Positions 1-9,200 of a stretch of DNA of 64,000 nucleotides are shown in pieces. A program made the translations under genes and the position numbers. Origin of the DNA: a virus. Below the pieces are notes generated by a model. The model did not search any database. It was not told the origin of the DNA and saw only the letters and a list, made by a program, of their open reading frames with translations. Numbering within the stretch: position 1 is the stretch's first letter; each line of letters begins with the position of its first letter. The stretch spans positions 67,722-131,721 of IMG/VR virus record IMGVR_UViG_3300045391_000819. One strand, written 5' to 3'.

Positions 1-374
1 AGTGGCCCATCAATTGCTATACCATATATCTTAATCCAAGAGCAAGCTGCAAGAGTAAACACATCTAATCCTGCACCAGTATTCGGTGGTACAGGACTAT
101 TTAGATTAAGAACCACTCTACCGCCACTTGAAAAATCTGGTGGATAAGATGAAATGAGAATAGGGTTTGCAGATGTACCATTTTTACCACTAATAACAAC
201 ATATTGACCAGCAGTTGGTGTAGAATTTGTTGCATTATAAGTACCAGCACGGAAATACACAATATCTCCAGCAACTAAAGCTATTGAATTTAGTTTGAGA
301 AAAGTTCCCCAAGGATTAGCTAATGTTCCAGTACCTGATGAATCACTTCCAGATGTTGATATAAAATATGTCAT
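1..374 (-). CDS. Right-handed beta-helix (pectin-lyase-like) tail spike/depolymerase, 5' part only; runs off the window start
   Basis: Not in the ORF track. Manual translation from ATG at 374 (TAATG overlap with the LamG gene) gives MTYFISTSGSDSSGTGTLANPWGTF...GDIVYFRAGTY...G.SANPI, the typical N-terminus of DUF1565/beta-helix proteins. Open to the window edge. Confidence 0.75.
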   Translation of the reverse strand, partial: MTYFISTSGSDSSGTGTLANPWGTFLKLNSIALVAGDIVYFRAGTYNATNSTPTAGQYVVISGKNGTSANPILISSYPPDFSSGGRVVLNLNSPVPPNTGAGLDVFTLAACSWIKIYGIAIDGP

Positions 375-1135
375 TAGAACGGATATTGTTTTCCTGCTCC
401 TGAATTATATAATGTTGTTACTTCTGCTGCTGTTAATGCTCTATTCCATACTCCTACTGCATCCATCCAACCTTCATAACCGAAGTTTGTGTAGTCTACA
501 CCATTAAACCCTCTACCTAAAATAAAATTAAATCCTGTAGAAGTAGCATTATGAGTTTGTGAGACTACTGCTGCTGCATCAGCAGTTCCATTGACATAAC
601 CTCTTATTGTACTTCCGTCCCAAGTAAATACTATATGATAGACATTTCCATCAACCATTGTTGTACCAGTACAAGTGCTACTATTAAAACCTGAAGCATC
701 ACATATTTCAAAAGATGGATGGGCACTTGCTTCAAAAACTCCATAACCATTCCTATCAGAACCAAAATTCATCTTAACAACAAAACCCGGAATAGAAGAT
801 GAAGGTGCTTCCTCTTTTACCCAAACAGAAACTGAGCCTTGTGATGTTAAACGTAAAGCAACAGGATCACCCATATCTATTCTACCTTCAGTAGCAGAAG
901 TAGCTCCGGCTAAATGCACTGATGTACCTGTGCTTGCACCTAAACCCGGTTCTGAATAAGCTGATACTTCTGTACCAGATGTTTGTGTGGGTACACCAGT
1001 ATTTCCATTACCTGATGAATCTGTAAAGTTTCCAGAAGCTTCATCTAAGCTCCACCATCCTACAAGTCCAGTTAATAAAGAAGAACCACCTAATCTTATA
1101 CTACTTGTCATTATCGTCGGAATCGTCCAAAGCAT
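374..1135 (-). CDS. LamG/concanavalin A-like lectin domain protein (receptor-binding)
   Basis: GLVGWWSLDE...D.SGNGNTG, YHIVFTWDGSTIRGYVNG, GWMDAVGVWNRALTAAEVTTLYN are LamG-like signatures. Confidence 0.85.
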   Translation of the reverse strand: MLWTIPTIMTSSIRLGGSSLLTGLVGWWSLDEASGNFTDSSGNGNTGVPTQTSGTEVSAYSEPGLGASTGTSVHLAGATSATEGRIDMGDPVALRLTSQGSVSVWVKEEAPSSSIPGFVVKMNFGSDRNGYGVFEASAHPSFEICDASGFNSSTCTGTTMVDGNVYHIVFTWDGSTIRGYVNGTADAAAVVSQTHNATSTGFNFILGRGFNGVDYTNFGYEGWMDAVGVWNRALTAAEVTTLYNSGAGKQYPF

Positions 1136-1136
1136 A

Positions 1137-4124
1137 TTATGATGTCTTAGTTACAGTCAAAGAAATTGTTAATCTTGTTATTGTTACTGGTGCAGGAGAA
1201 CTCCTAATTTGGAATCTTAATGTATCACCAGCAGCTATTATTTTATTCCATCCTGAAAGCACAAGGTCTTGATATTTCGTAGTTGCTGAGATTGTAGGAA
1301 TAGTACCAGCACCAATTATACTATTGGCTACTGTTGATGGATAAGAAGCATAAGCAATCTTCCATATATCTACAGACACAGTACCATTTACATCTCCTAA
1401 TAACGTAATACCTGTTATGTTAGCAGAGAATGGAATATGTAAATCTCCTTTCACTCCAGATGTAAGTACAGTACCAGCACCATCTACTACATAGATAATA
1501 GCTGCTGTAGATGAACCTGAATAACCAGATACACCGGATAGTCCGCTAAATCCTGAGAAACCTGATAGACCAGCTCCTGAGAATCCGCTATAACCAGAAC
1601 GCCCACTGAATCCTGAGAAACCACTCAATCCTGAGAAACCACTAAGTCCTGAGAATCCACTAAATCCTGATGAAGCAGAAGCACCATTCAAACCGGAGAA
1701 TCCAGAAAATCCTGAAGTTGAATTTCCACTAAATCCAGAAAATCCTGAACGTCCAGAAAATCCAGAGTAGCCACTCACGCCTGAGAAACCACTAAATCCA
1801 GACGAACCACCTCCTGAGAATCCACTAAATCCAGATAAACCGTTTGTTCCATTGGTTCCATTTAATCCTGAGAATCCACTAAAACCAGAACGGCCACTAA
1901 ATCCTGAGAACCCTGAAGATGCAGATGCACCATTCAAACCAGAGAAACCACTAAATCCAGATAAACCTGTATTACCAGCACTACCACTAAATCCAGATGT
2001 TCCGCTAAATCCTGAGTAACCAGAACGTCCGCTAAATCCTGAGTAACCAGAAACACCAGAAAGACCTGAGAATCCACTGAATCCTGAAGATGCAGCCGAT
2101 CCATTTAATCCACTGAATCCAGAGAATCCTGAACTTCCATTTGTTCCGTTCGTACCATTAGCTCCACTGAAACCACTGAAGCCTGACAAACCATTTGTAC
2201 CGTTCGTTCCATTGGCTCCGCTAAATCCTGAGTAACCTGAACGACCTGAGAATCCACTGAAACCAGAAGATGCTGCACCACCGTTAAGACCTGAGAATCC
2301 TGAGAACCCTGAGAAGCCAAATCCACTAAATCCAGAGAATCCAGATTTTCCATCAATACCATTTACACCGTTAAGTCCTGAGAAACCAGAATAACCAGAG
2401 CGTCCAGAAAATCCTGATTGACCATTAACTCCTGAGAAACCTGAATAACCAGAAGCAGAAGCTAATCCATCTTGTCCTGAGAATCCAGAGAAACCTGAGA
2501 ACCCTGTACCACTAAATCCTGAGAATCCTGAACGACCAGAATATCCTGAAATTCCACTGTAACCTGAATAACCAGAACGACCAGAATCACCAGATAGACC
2601 TGATGCACCAGATAGTCCACTGAATCCTGAGAAACCTGAGAACCCAGAAGTAGAATCTCCTGAGAAACCTGAGTAACCAGAGAAGCCTGAACGTCCTGAG
2701 AATCCGCTAAATCCTGATGTACCAAATCCACTAAATCCTGAGAATCCAGAACCACCAGCATCACCGCTAAATCCTGAACGACCAGAGAAACCTGAATTAC
2801 CTGAGAATCCAGAGAAACCTGATGAGGCTGAAGCTCCGTTAAGTCCACTGAATCCAGAGAAACCTGAGAATCCAGCGCCGCTAAAACCAGAGAATCCAGA
2901 GTAACCAGAACGTCCGCTAAAACCAGAGAATCCAGATTGACCTGAATAACCACTGAATCCTGAATCTCCTTTGCTACCTGTTGTAAGTAACCAAGTATCT
3001 GTTGCATATTTAACCAATGCTACAACAGAATATTGTCCGTTCATAACAAAGCTAGGAGCATCTATTGTAACACCAACTGAACCATTTATAGTTACTGCAC
3101 CTATTCCACCTTGTTCAATAACAAATTGACTACCAACAGGAATTGGAACAGCTGCATTAGAAGGTACAACTAAAGTATGAGGTGAAGCAGAAACCATTTT
3201 AACACCTCTACCTATATCACTAAGAGCAAGTGTATAGTTAGTATCTGTTTGAGTGGTAAAGAATAAAGTACTCTGTCCACTAAATCCAGAGTAACCAGAC
3301 CAACCTGAGAAACCAGATGAAGCAGAACCACCATTAAGTCCACTGAATCCTGAGAATCCTGAAAATCCAGCTCCTGAGAATCCGCTATATCCTGATACAC
3401 CAGAACCAGAATATCCGGAGAAACCAGATGTTCCAATACCACTAAATCCACTATAACCTGAACGACCTGAGAAACCTGAGAATCCACTATAACCTGATTG
3501 TCCTGAGAACCCACTGAATCCTGAAGTACTATCTCCAGAGAATCCACTTCTTCCTGAATAACCTGAGAAACCAGAACCACCAGAGCCACCACTGAATCCA
3601 GAACGTCCACTAAAACCAGAATCTCCTGAAAATCCAGAATAACCAGAACGACCTGAGAAACCAGAGAATCCAGATACACCAGCACCACTAAATCCAGAAT
3701 AACCAGACAAACCACTACCAGAGTAACCAGAATAACCAGAACCACCAACTCCGCTATATCCAGAATAACCTGAAGTTCCTATACCTGAGAAACCAGAATA
3801 TCCTGAGAATCCTCTACCAGCAAATATCAATTGAAACTCAGAACCATCATAAACCATTTCAATAATCTGACCTGCAAGAATATCCCCTGCATCCAGTTCT
3901 TGATTAATGTCTTTCCTTATGGCTCTTGTACCCAATCCATTTACGTTTATAATAGAAGGGCCACTATTTGTATTAGAAGCCATCCACATAAACTTCAAAC
4001 CAGTAGTATATGCCTGAATAGGTGGTCTAAAATCTACGACATAGTTATTCCCTGTCCCTGTGTCAACGACATAAGAACCAGTTTCAACTACTTGATTAAA
4101 TTGGGTATTTGCTTTCCCGATCAT
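1137..4124 (-). CDS. Tail fibre-like protein with long (Gly-Phe-Ser)n repeat, 995 aa
   Basis: N-terminal phage fibre-type domain (YTTGLKFMWMASNTNSGPSIINVNGLG), long SGFSG repeats, one TQTDTNYTLALSD domain, globular C-terminus. Confidence 0.75.
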   Translation of the reverse strand: MIGKANTQFNQVVETGSYVVDTGTGNNYVVDFRPPIQAYTTGLKFMWMASNTNSGPSIINVNGLGTRAIRKDINQELDAGDILAGQIIEMVYDGSEFQLIFAGRGFSGYSGFSGIGTSGYSGYSGVGGSGYSGYSGSGLSGYSGFSGAGVSGFSGFSGRSGYSGFSGDSGFSGRSGFSGGSGGSGFSGYSGRSGFSGDSTSGFSGFSGQSGYSGFSGFSGRSGYSGFSGIGTSGFSGYSGSGVSGYSGFSGAGFSGFSGFSGLNGGSASSGFSGWSGYSGFSGQSTLFFTTQTDTNYTLALSDIGRGVKMVSASPHTLVVPSNAAVPIPVGSQFVIEQGGIGAVTINGSVGVTIDAPSFVMNGQYSVVALVKYATDTWLLTTGSKGDSGFSGYSGQSGFSGFSGRSGYSGFSGFSGAGFSGFSGFSGLNGASASSGFSGFSGNSGFSGRSGFSGDAGGSGFSGFSGFGTSGFSGFSGRSGFSGYSGFSGDSTSGFSGFSGFSGLSGASGLSGDSGRSGYSGYSGISGYSGRSGFSGFSGTGFSGFSGFSGQDGLASASGYSGFSGVNGQSGFSGRSGYSGFSGLNGVNGIDGKSGFSGFSGFGFSGFSGFSGLNGGAASSGFSGFSGRSGYSGFSGANGTNGTNGLSGFSGFSGANGTNGTNGSSGFSGFSGLNGSAASSGFSGFSGLSGVSGYSGFSGRSGYSGFSGTSGFSGSAGNTGLSGFSGFSGLNGASASSGFSGFSGRSGFSGFSGLNGTNGTNGLSGFSGFSGGGSSGFSGFSGVSGYSGFSGRSGFSGFSGNSTSGFSGFSGLNGASASSGFSGFSGLSGFSGLSGFSGFSGRSGYSGFSGAGLSGFSGFSGLSGVSGYSGSSTAAIIYVVDGAGTVLTSGVKGDLHIPFSANITGITLLGDVNGTVSVDIWKIAYASYPSTVANSIIGAGTIPTISATTKYQDLVLSGWNKIIAAGDTLRFQIRSSPAPVTITRLTISLTVTKTS

Positions 4125-4133
4125 GTTTTAATA

Positions 4134-5705
4134 TTAAGCGTGTTCATAGCATCCCATATCTGGATTACCAACTATTGGATTACCTAAAATATCTCTTGTT
4201 AAACCTACATTTGTACCTGCATTTATACATGGAGAACCTGCTTGTAAACTCCAATCACTTGCCTGATTTACAAACAATGGATCACCTGTTGCTGAATGAG
4301 CTTCCTGTCCAGTTGATGTTCTCCAGTTTGCTAATGTAGTTGAGTTAGTTGCATTAAAAAACCATCTATAACCAGAAAGTGGCCCTTGGAAATATTGATT
4401 ATAATCCATTGTTGGTGCAACGGAATTTCCAATTGTAATAAGTGTTTTACCATCACTACCCATTCTGCAAATAATATTATTCTTTAATGTGAAGCCATCT
4501 CCAGCAGAGGTATACCAAGTTCCCTGATCTACACCATAACCATCTGCTAGGAATATGGTATTATTATAAAAATGTATTTGCCCTGTATTAGTACTAAAAC
4601 ATTCAAAGGCAGCAGATGCACAATTAACAAATAGATTATAATAAAATTCTACAAGACCTCCTGTTGTTACACTTCCTACTCCTCCACCCGGAGTATTTGG
4701 ACTTCCTGTTTTTGAATTAAATACTTGATTGTATCTTATGATTGCATTAGCAGCAGTACCACCAGCATCCAAATGTATAGAATCATTATCTCTATTAGAA
4801 GTACAACTTTCTACAAGCCAATTACTTGCCTGATAACCACCAAAAGCATGACCGTCAGTTGTTAAAGGCACAGTATATGCAATGTTATCTGAAGATGTAC
4901 ATCTAAGGAATGTTCCATCGTTTGCAACCCAAGAATAAAATCCATTACCGTTAAAGGTAGAGGTACAATCTGTTACTGTGAAACCATCAAATCTATCAAT
5001 ATGACATATTCCAAATGCCATGTTTCCATATGCAGTACAGTTTCTAACTGCTGATGCGCCTGTATAAGCACTACCAGTAGCTTCAAAATATATTCCAGAC
5101 CTTCCTGCAAGTCTAACTTCAATATCATGTATCTCAATATAATTCCTAAGAGCAGAACTTTGAGAACCTATAATACAATAATCCCTATTAGAAACTTCAG
5201 GGTTTAGAGTTCCGGGATCAACTGTTGAATAAACATATAGTCTATCAGGATTTGGAGTTGTATCAATGAAATATTTGTTTGCAGAAGTAAGAGCTGCAAG
5301 AGAAGCTACTGGAGTATATAGAGTACCACTAATATATACAGCTGCTCTAGTAGTAGTAACATTAGGACATACAATCCACCACTGATTTGAACCTGCGTTT
5401 GTCCATCCACCCATTACATTAGCAGCATTAATAATAGGCTGTGCTCCTGCCCCATATGCACCAAATGTAATTGGTCTTCCTGCTTGTCCTGAAGATGGAA
5501 CAGTTAATTGTTCCCTCCATGTATCTCCTCGCTTAAAGAGAATAGTATCTCCGGGCTTAAACGTAGAGGAATTGACCTTAGATATTGTCTGCCAAGAAGT
5601 TCCTGTACTTAGACCATTTGCTGCATCACTTCCAGCATTACTTACGAAATAAGTTTTACCACCAGCAAAGCCAGCAGTCATCATCATTGTAAAAGCGAAT
5701 TTCAT
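4134..5705 (-). CDS. Right-handed parallel beta-helix protein (putative polysaccharide depolymerase/tail spike)
   Basis: TYFVSNAGSDAANGLSTGTSWQTISKV...PGDTILFKRGDTW N-terminus, beta-helix repeats, C-terminal DPLFVN...LQAGSPCINAG...D.LGNP...PDMGCYE motif. Confidence 0.85.
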   Translation of the reverse strand: MKFAFTMMMTAGFAGGKTYFVSNAGSDAANGLSTGTSWQTISKVNSSTFKPGDTILFKRGDTWREQLTVPSSGQAGRPITFGAYGAGAQPIINAANVMGGWTNAGSNQWWIVCPNVTTTRAAVYISGTLYTPVASLAALTSANKYFIDTTPNPDRLYVYSTVDPGTLNPEVSNRDYCIIGSQSSALRNYIEIHDIEVRLAGRSGIYFEATGSAYTGASAVRNCTAYGNMAFGICHIDRFDGFTVTDCTSTFNGNGFYSWVANDGTFLRCTSSDNIAYTVPLTTDGHAFGGYQASNWLVESCTSNRDNDSIHLDAGGTAANAIIRYNQVFNSKTGSPNTPGGGVGSVTTGGLVEFYYNLFVNCASAAFECFSTNTGQIHFYNNTIFLADGYGVDQGTWYTSAGDGFTLKNNIICRMGSDGKTLITIGNSVAPTMDYNQYFQGPLSGYRWFFNATNSTTLANWRTSTGQEAHSATGDPLFVNQASDWSLQAGSPCINAGTNVGLTRDILGNPIVGNPDMGCYEHA

Positions 5706-5791
5706 TGTTTAGTAAGTGTTATATGTAGAGCCTGTAAGACATTAGAATAATGTCTAATAATAAAACTCCTAGTATTTGCTTTACCGATCAT
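5702..5791 (-). CDS. 29-aa ORF MIGKANTRSFIIRHYSNVLQALHITLTKQ, probable remnant of a duplicated fibre-gene start
   Basis: Manual translation. Stop overlaps the next ATG (ATGA). First 7 aa identical to the 1137..4124 protein. Confidence 0.45.
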   Translation of the reverse strand: MIGKANTRSFIIRHYSNVLQALHITLTKQ

Positions 5792-5801
5792 TTATAATAA
5801 T

Positions 5802-6248
5802 TTATGTACCTTTAAGATGATGAACCTCACCATGATAACAAAATTTAAAATCTGTTAATGCCCCAATTCTACCCTCACATTCAATCCATTCACAAGGAGT
5901 ATCAAACAAGTCAAGAGATTTTAATATTAGAGATGCTGAAATTTTAGCACATCCTATATGAGAAGTTCCGCTAGCTCCCTCTACAGAAGAACAATACCCT
6001 GCTACACAAAGAGGCTCTGAACAATTCCACATCTCTTTTAACAATTCAATTCTTGGAACTACATCATGTTCAATATTAATAAAGGTTTGTTTTTCATTCC
6101 ACCTTTCTTTAAAATATTGACCATATCCATAAAACTTATCTACTATAGGACAGAAGGTTGCATCAGGAACAGCCAGCATTACTGGTGCTCTTAAATTAGT
6201 AAAAGGTACAAATATTCTTATGCTACTTTGATTGCTTTTAACCAACAT
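5802..6248 (-). CDS. Hypothetical protein, possible minimal GT-A-fold glycosyltransferase
   Basis: FINIEHDVVP (DxD-like) followed by SHIGCAKIS resembles small phage GT-A proteins. Motif-level evidence only. Confidence 0.4.
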   Translation of the reverse strand: MLVKSNQSSIRIFVPFTNLRAPVMLAVPDATFCPIVDKFYGYGQYFKERWNEKQTFINIEHDVVPRIELLKEMWNCSEPLCVAGYCSSVEGASGTSHIGCAKISASLILKSLDLFDTPCEWIECEGRIGALTDFKFCYHGEVHHLKGT

Positions 6249-9200
6249 GCTGCTCTATATGTTAAAGTTCCACTTGTTACTTTATTTCCTCTGACTACTA
6301 AGTTTCCTGAATCAGATACTACTATTTGTCCAGTTAAATAAGCATAGGATTCTGTATTAGCTGTAGTCCAACAAGTTGTGCTACCTGTATTTACTGCTGT
6401 TATTCTCACAGTTGCTATAAGCCCTGTTCCGCTTGATTGGGCTGACTGGAAAGCATCAATTGATGTTGTAGTTCCAGTATAGTTAATTGCAAATTTTACA
6501 CCAGCTGTACTACTAGATTGACCCAACAGCATAGCTTCAAATTGCCATGTTCCAGCAGTTAAAGCAATAGATAAACCACTTAAATCTGTTAAACTGGTTG
6601 ATGTTGTTGTGTTAGCAGTTGCCAATGCAACAAATGGTGAAATTCCACTATAACCCGAATAACCACTAATTCCAGAATAACCAGAATAACCAGACCATCC
6701 AGAAGAACCTGTTGTTAATAACCATGTATCGGTTGCTGTTTTAACTAAAGCTACAACAGAATACTGACCATTCATTACTAAACTAGGAGCTTCAATAGTT
6801 ACACCACCAGCAGCTACAATTGTAACAGTACCTGCACCAGCTTGTTCTACAACTATCTGTGAACCAACAGGAAATGCTACTGAAGCATTTGTAGGAACTG
6901 TCAAGTTGTGAGCAGAGGCACTACTCATCTTTATTCCAGTTCCAGCATCACCAAGTACTAAAGTATAGTCCGTATCGGTTTGAGTAGTAAACGTAAGAGT
7001 ATTTTGTCCACTAAAACCTGAGTATCCAGATTTACCGCTAAATCCTGAATAACCAGAAATACCGCTAAATCCTGAATAACCTGAGATTCCACTATATCCT
7101 GAATAACCACTAATTCCTGAATATCCACTATACCCACTTCTTCCACTAAATCCTGAGTATCCTGAAATACCTGAAAAACCTGAGAAACCTGAAGCTCCGG
7201 GATTAGCCCCCGAAAATCCAGAATAACCTGAAAGGCCACTGAATCCTGAATAACCTGATTTACCTGAGAACCCAGAATAACCTGAAATTCCAGAATATCC
7301 ACTATAACCACTATAACCCGAATACCCACTATAACCTGAAATTCCACTACTTAGGAGCCAAGTATCTGTAGCTTGCTTGACCAAACATACAGTAGAATAC
7401 TGAGCACCCATTGTTAGCCCTTGGGCATTAATAGTAACTCCTACACCTGCTGCAATTGTAACACCGCCTGTTCCTGCTTGCTCTATTACTATTTCTGTAC
7501 CTACGATAAATGCTACAGAAGAATTAGGAGGAACAGTTAATGTATGCGCAGATGCAGAATCCATCTTGATTCCTGTAAATGCATCTCCTAGAACTAAAGT
7601 ATAATCTGTGTCAGTTTGAGTAGTAAATGTTAAAGTACTAAGTCCACTAAATCCTGAATATCCTGATTTACCTGAGAAACCAGAGTAACCTGAAATACCT
7701 GAGAAACCAGAGTAACCAGAAATACCACTAAAACCAGAGTAACCAGAAATACCAGAACCTGAGTATCCAGAATAACCAGATAATCCTGAGAAACCTGAGT
7801 AACCTGAAAGACCACTATAACCTGAATATCCACTTAACCCACTATAACCTGAGTATCCAGAATAACCAGAATAACCTGTATGAGTAAATGTAATAACTAT
7901 AGGAGTGTTATTAGCAAATACGCCATTATTATTAACTATAGGTGTAACTGATAACTTTCTATATCCTGTACCATCTACAACCGATCCTGTTAATGTGAAT
8001 GATGCAAAGTTCGAAGAATTACTTTGTTGATATACTTTAAGATAACCTCTATTTGAACTAAAAGATGTATCATCAAAAGTATCAAGCCAAGTAGAAACAT
8101 CAGTTCCTGCTACGTTATTGTTATCTACATATATCGTAGTGATAGAAGCAAATGTAGCGTTATTGTATCTCAACAATCCACTTCCCGGATCAGCATCAGC
8201 AGTTGTAGTGCTGAATGTATACGCCTGAGAATCACCACCAAAGCCTCCTGAGAATCCGCTAAATCCAGAGTACCCAGATATACCAGAGTATCCCGAATAT
8301 CCACTAATTCCAGAATAACCAGAATAACCAGATATACCGCTATAACCACTATAACCAGAAAGTCCTGAGAATCCAGAATAACCAGATATACCAGAATAAC
8401 CACTGTAACCTGACCCACCACTAAAACCAGAGTAACCGCTAATTCCAGAGTATCCACTATAACCTGAAAGTCCACTATATCCTGAGTATCCTGACTTACC
8501 TGAGAATCCAGAAAATCCAGAAGCACCATCGCTTCCAATTACACCATCTTGTCCACTATAACCAGAATACCCACTTTTACCAGAGAAACCACTATATCCT
8601 GAAAGACCACTGTAACCAGAGTATCCAGATAAACCTGAGTAACCACTATAACCTGAAATACCACTACTCAATAACCAACTGTCGGTTGCTTGTTTTACCA
8701 AACAAACTACAGAATATTGAGCGCCCATTGTATAACCTTGAGCATCAATTGTTACTCCTAAACCGGGAGTTATTGTAACTGCTCCAGTACCTCCCTGCTC
8801 TATAACTATTTCTGTACCTACAACAAAAGGTACTGATGAATTTGGTGGAACAGTTAAGGTATGTGGAGAAGATGAGGACATCTTAACACCTGTAAAGGCA
8901 TCTCCTAAAACTAAGGTGTAGTCTGTATCAGTTTGAGTATTGAAGAGAAGAGTACTTAATCCACTAAATCCAGAATATCCTGAATAACCTGACTTTCCAC
9001 TAAAACCAGAATAACCAGATATTCCTGAATATCCTGAGTAACCTGAAAGACCACTGAATCCAGAGTAACCAGAGATTCCTGAATAACCAGAGTATCCACT
9101 CAATCCACTGAATCCAGAATATCCAGATATACCAGAATAACCAGATATACCAGAGTAACCTGAATATCCTGAATGACCTGAAGTTCCTGAGAACCCACTA

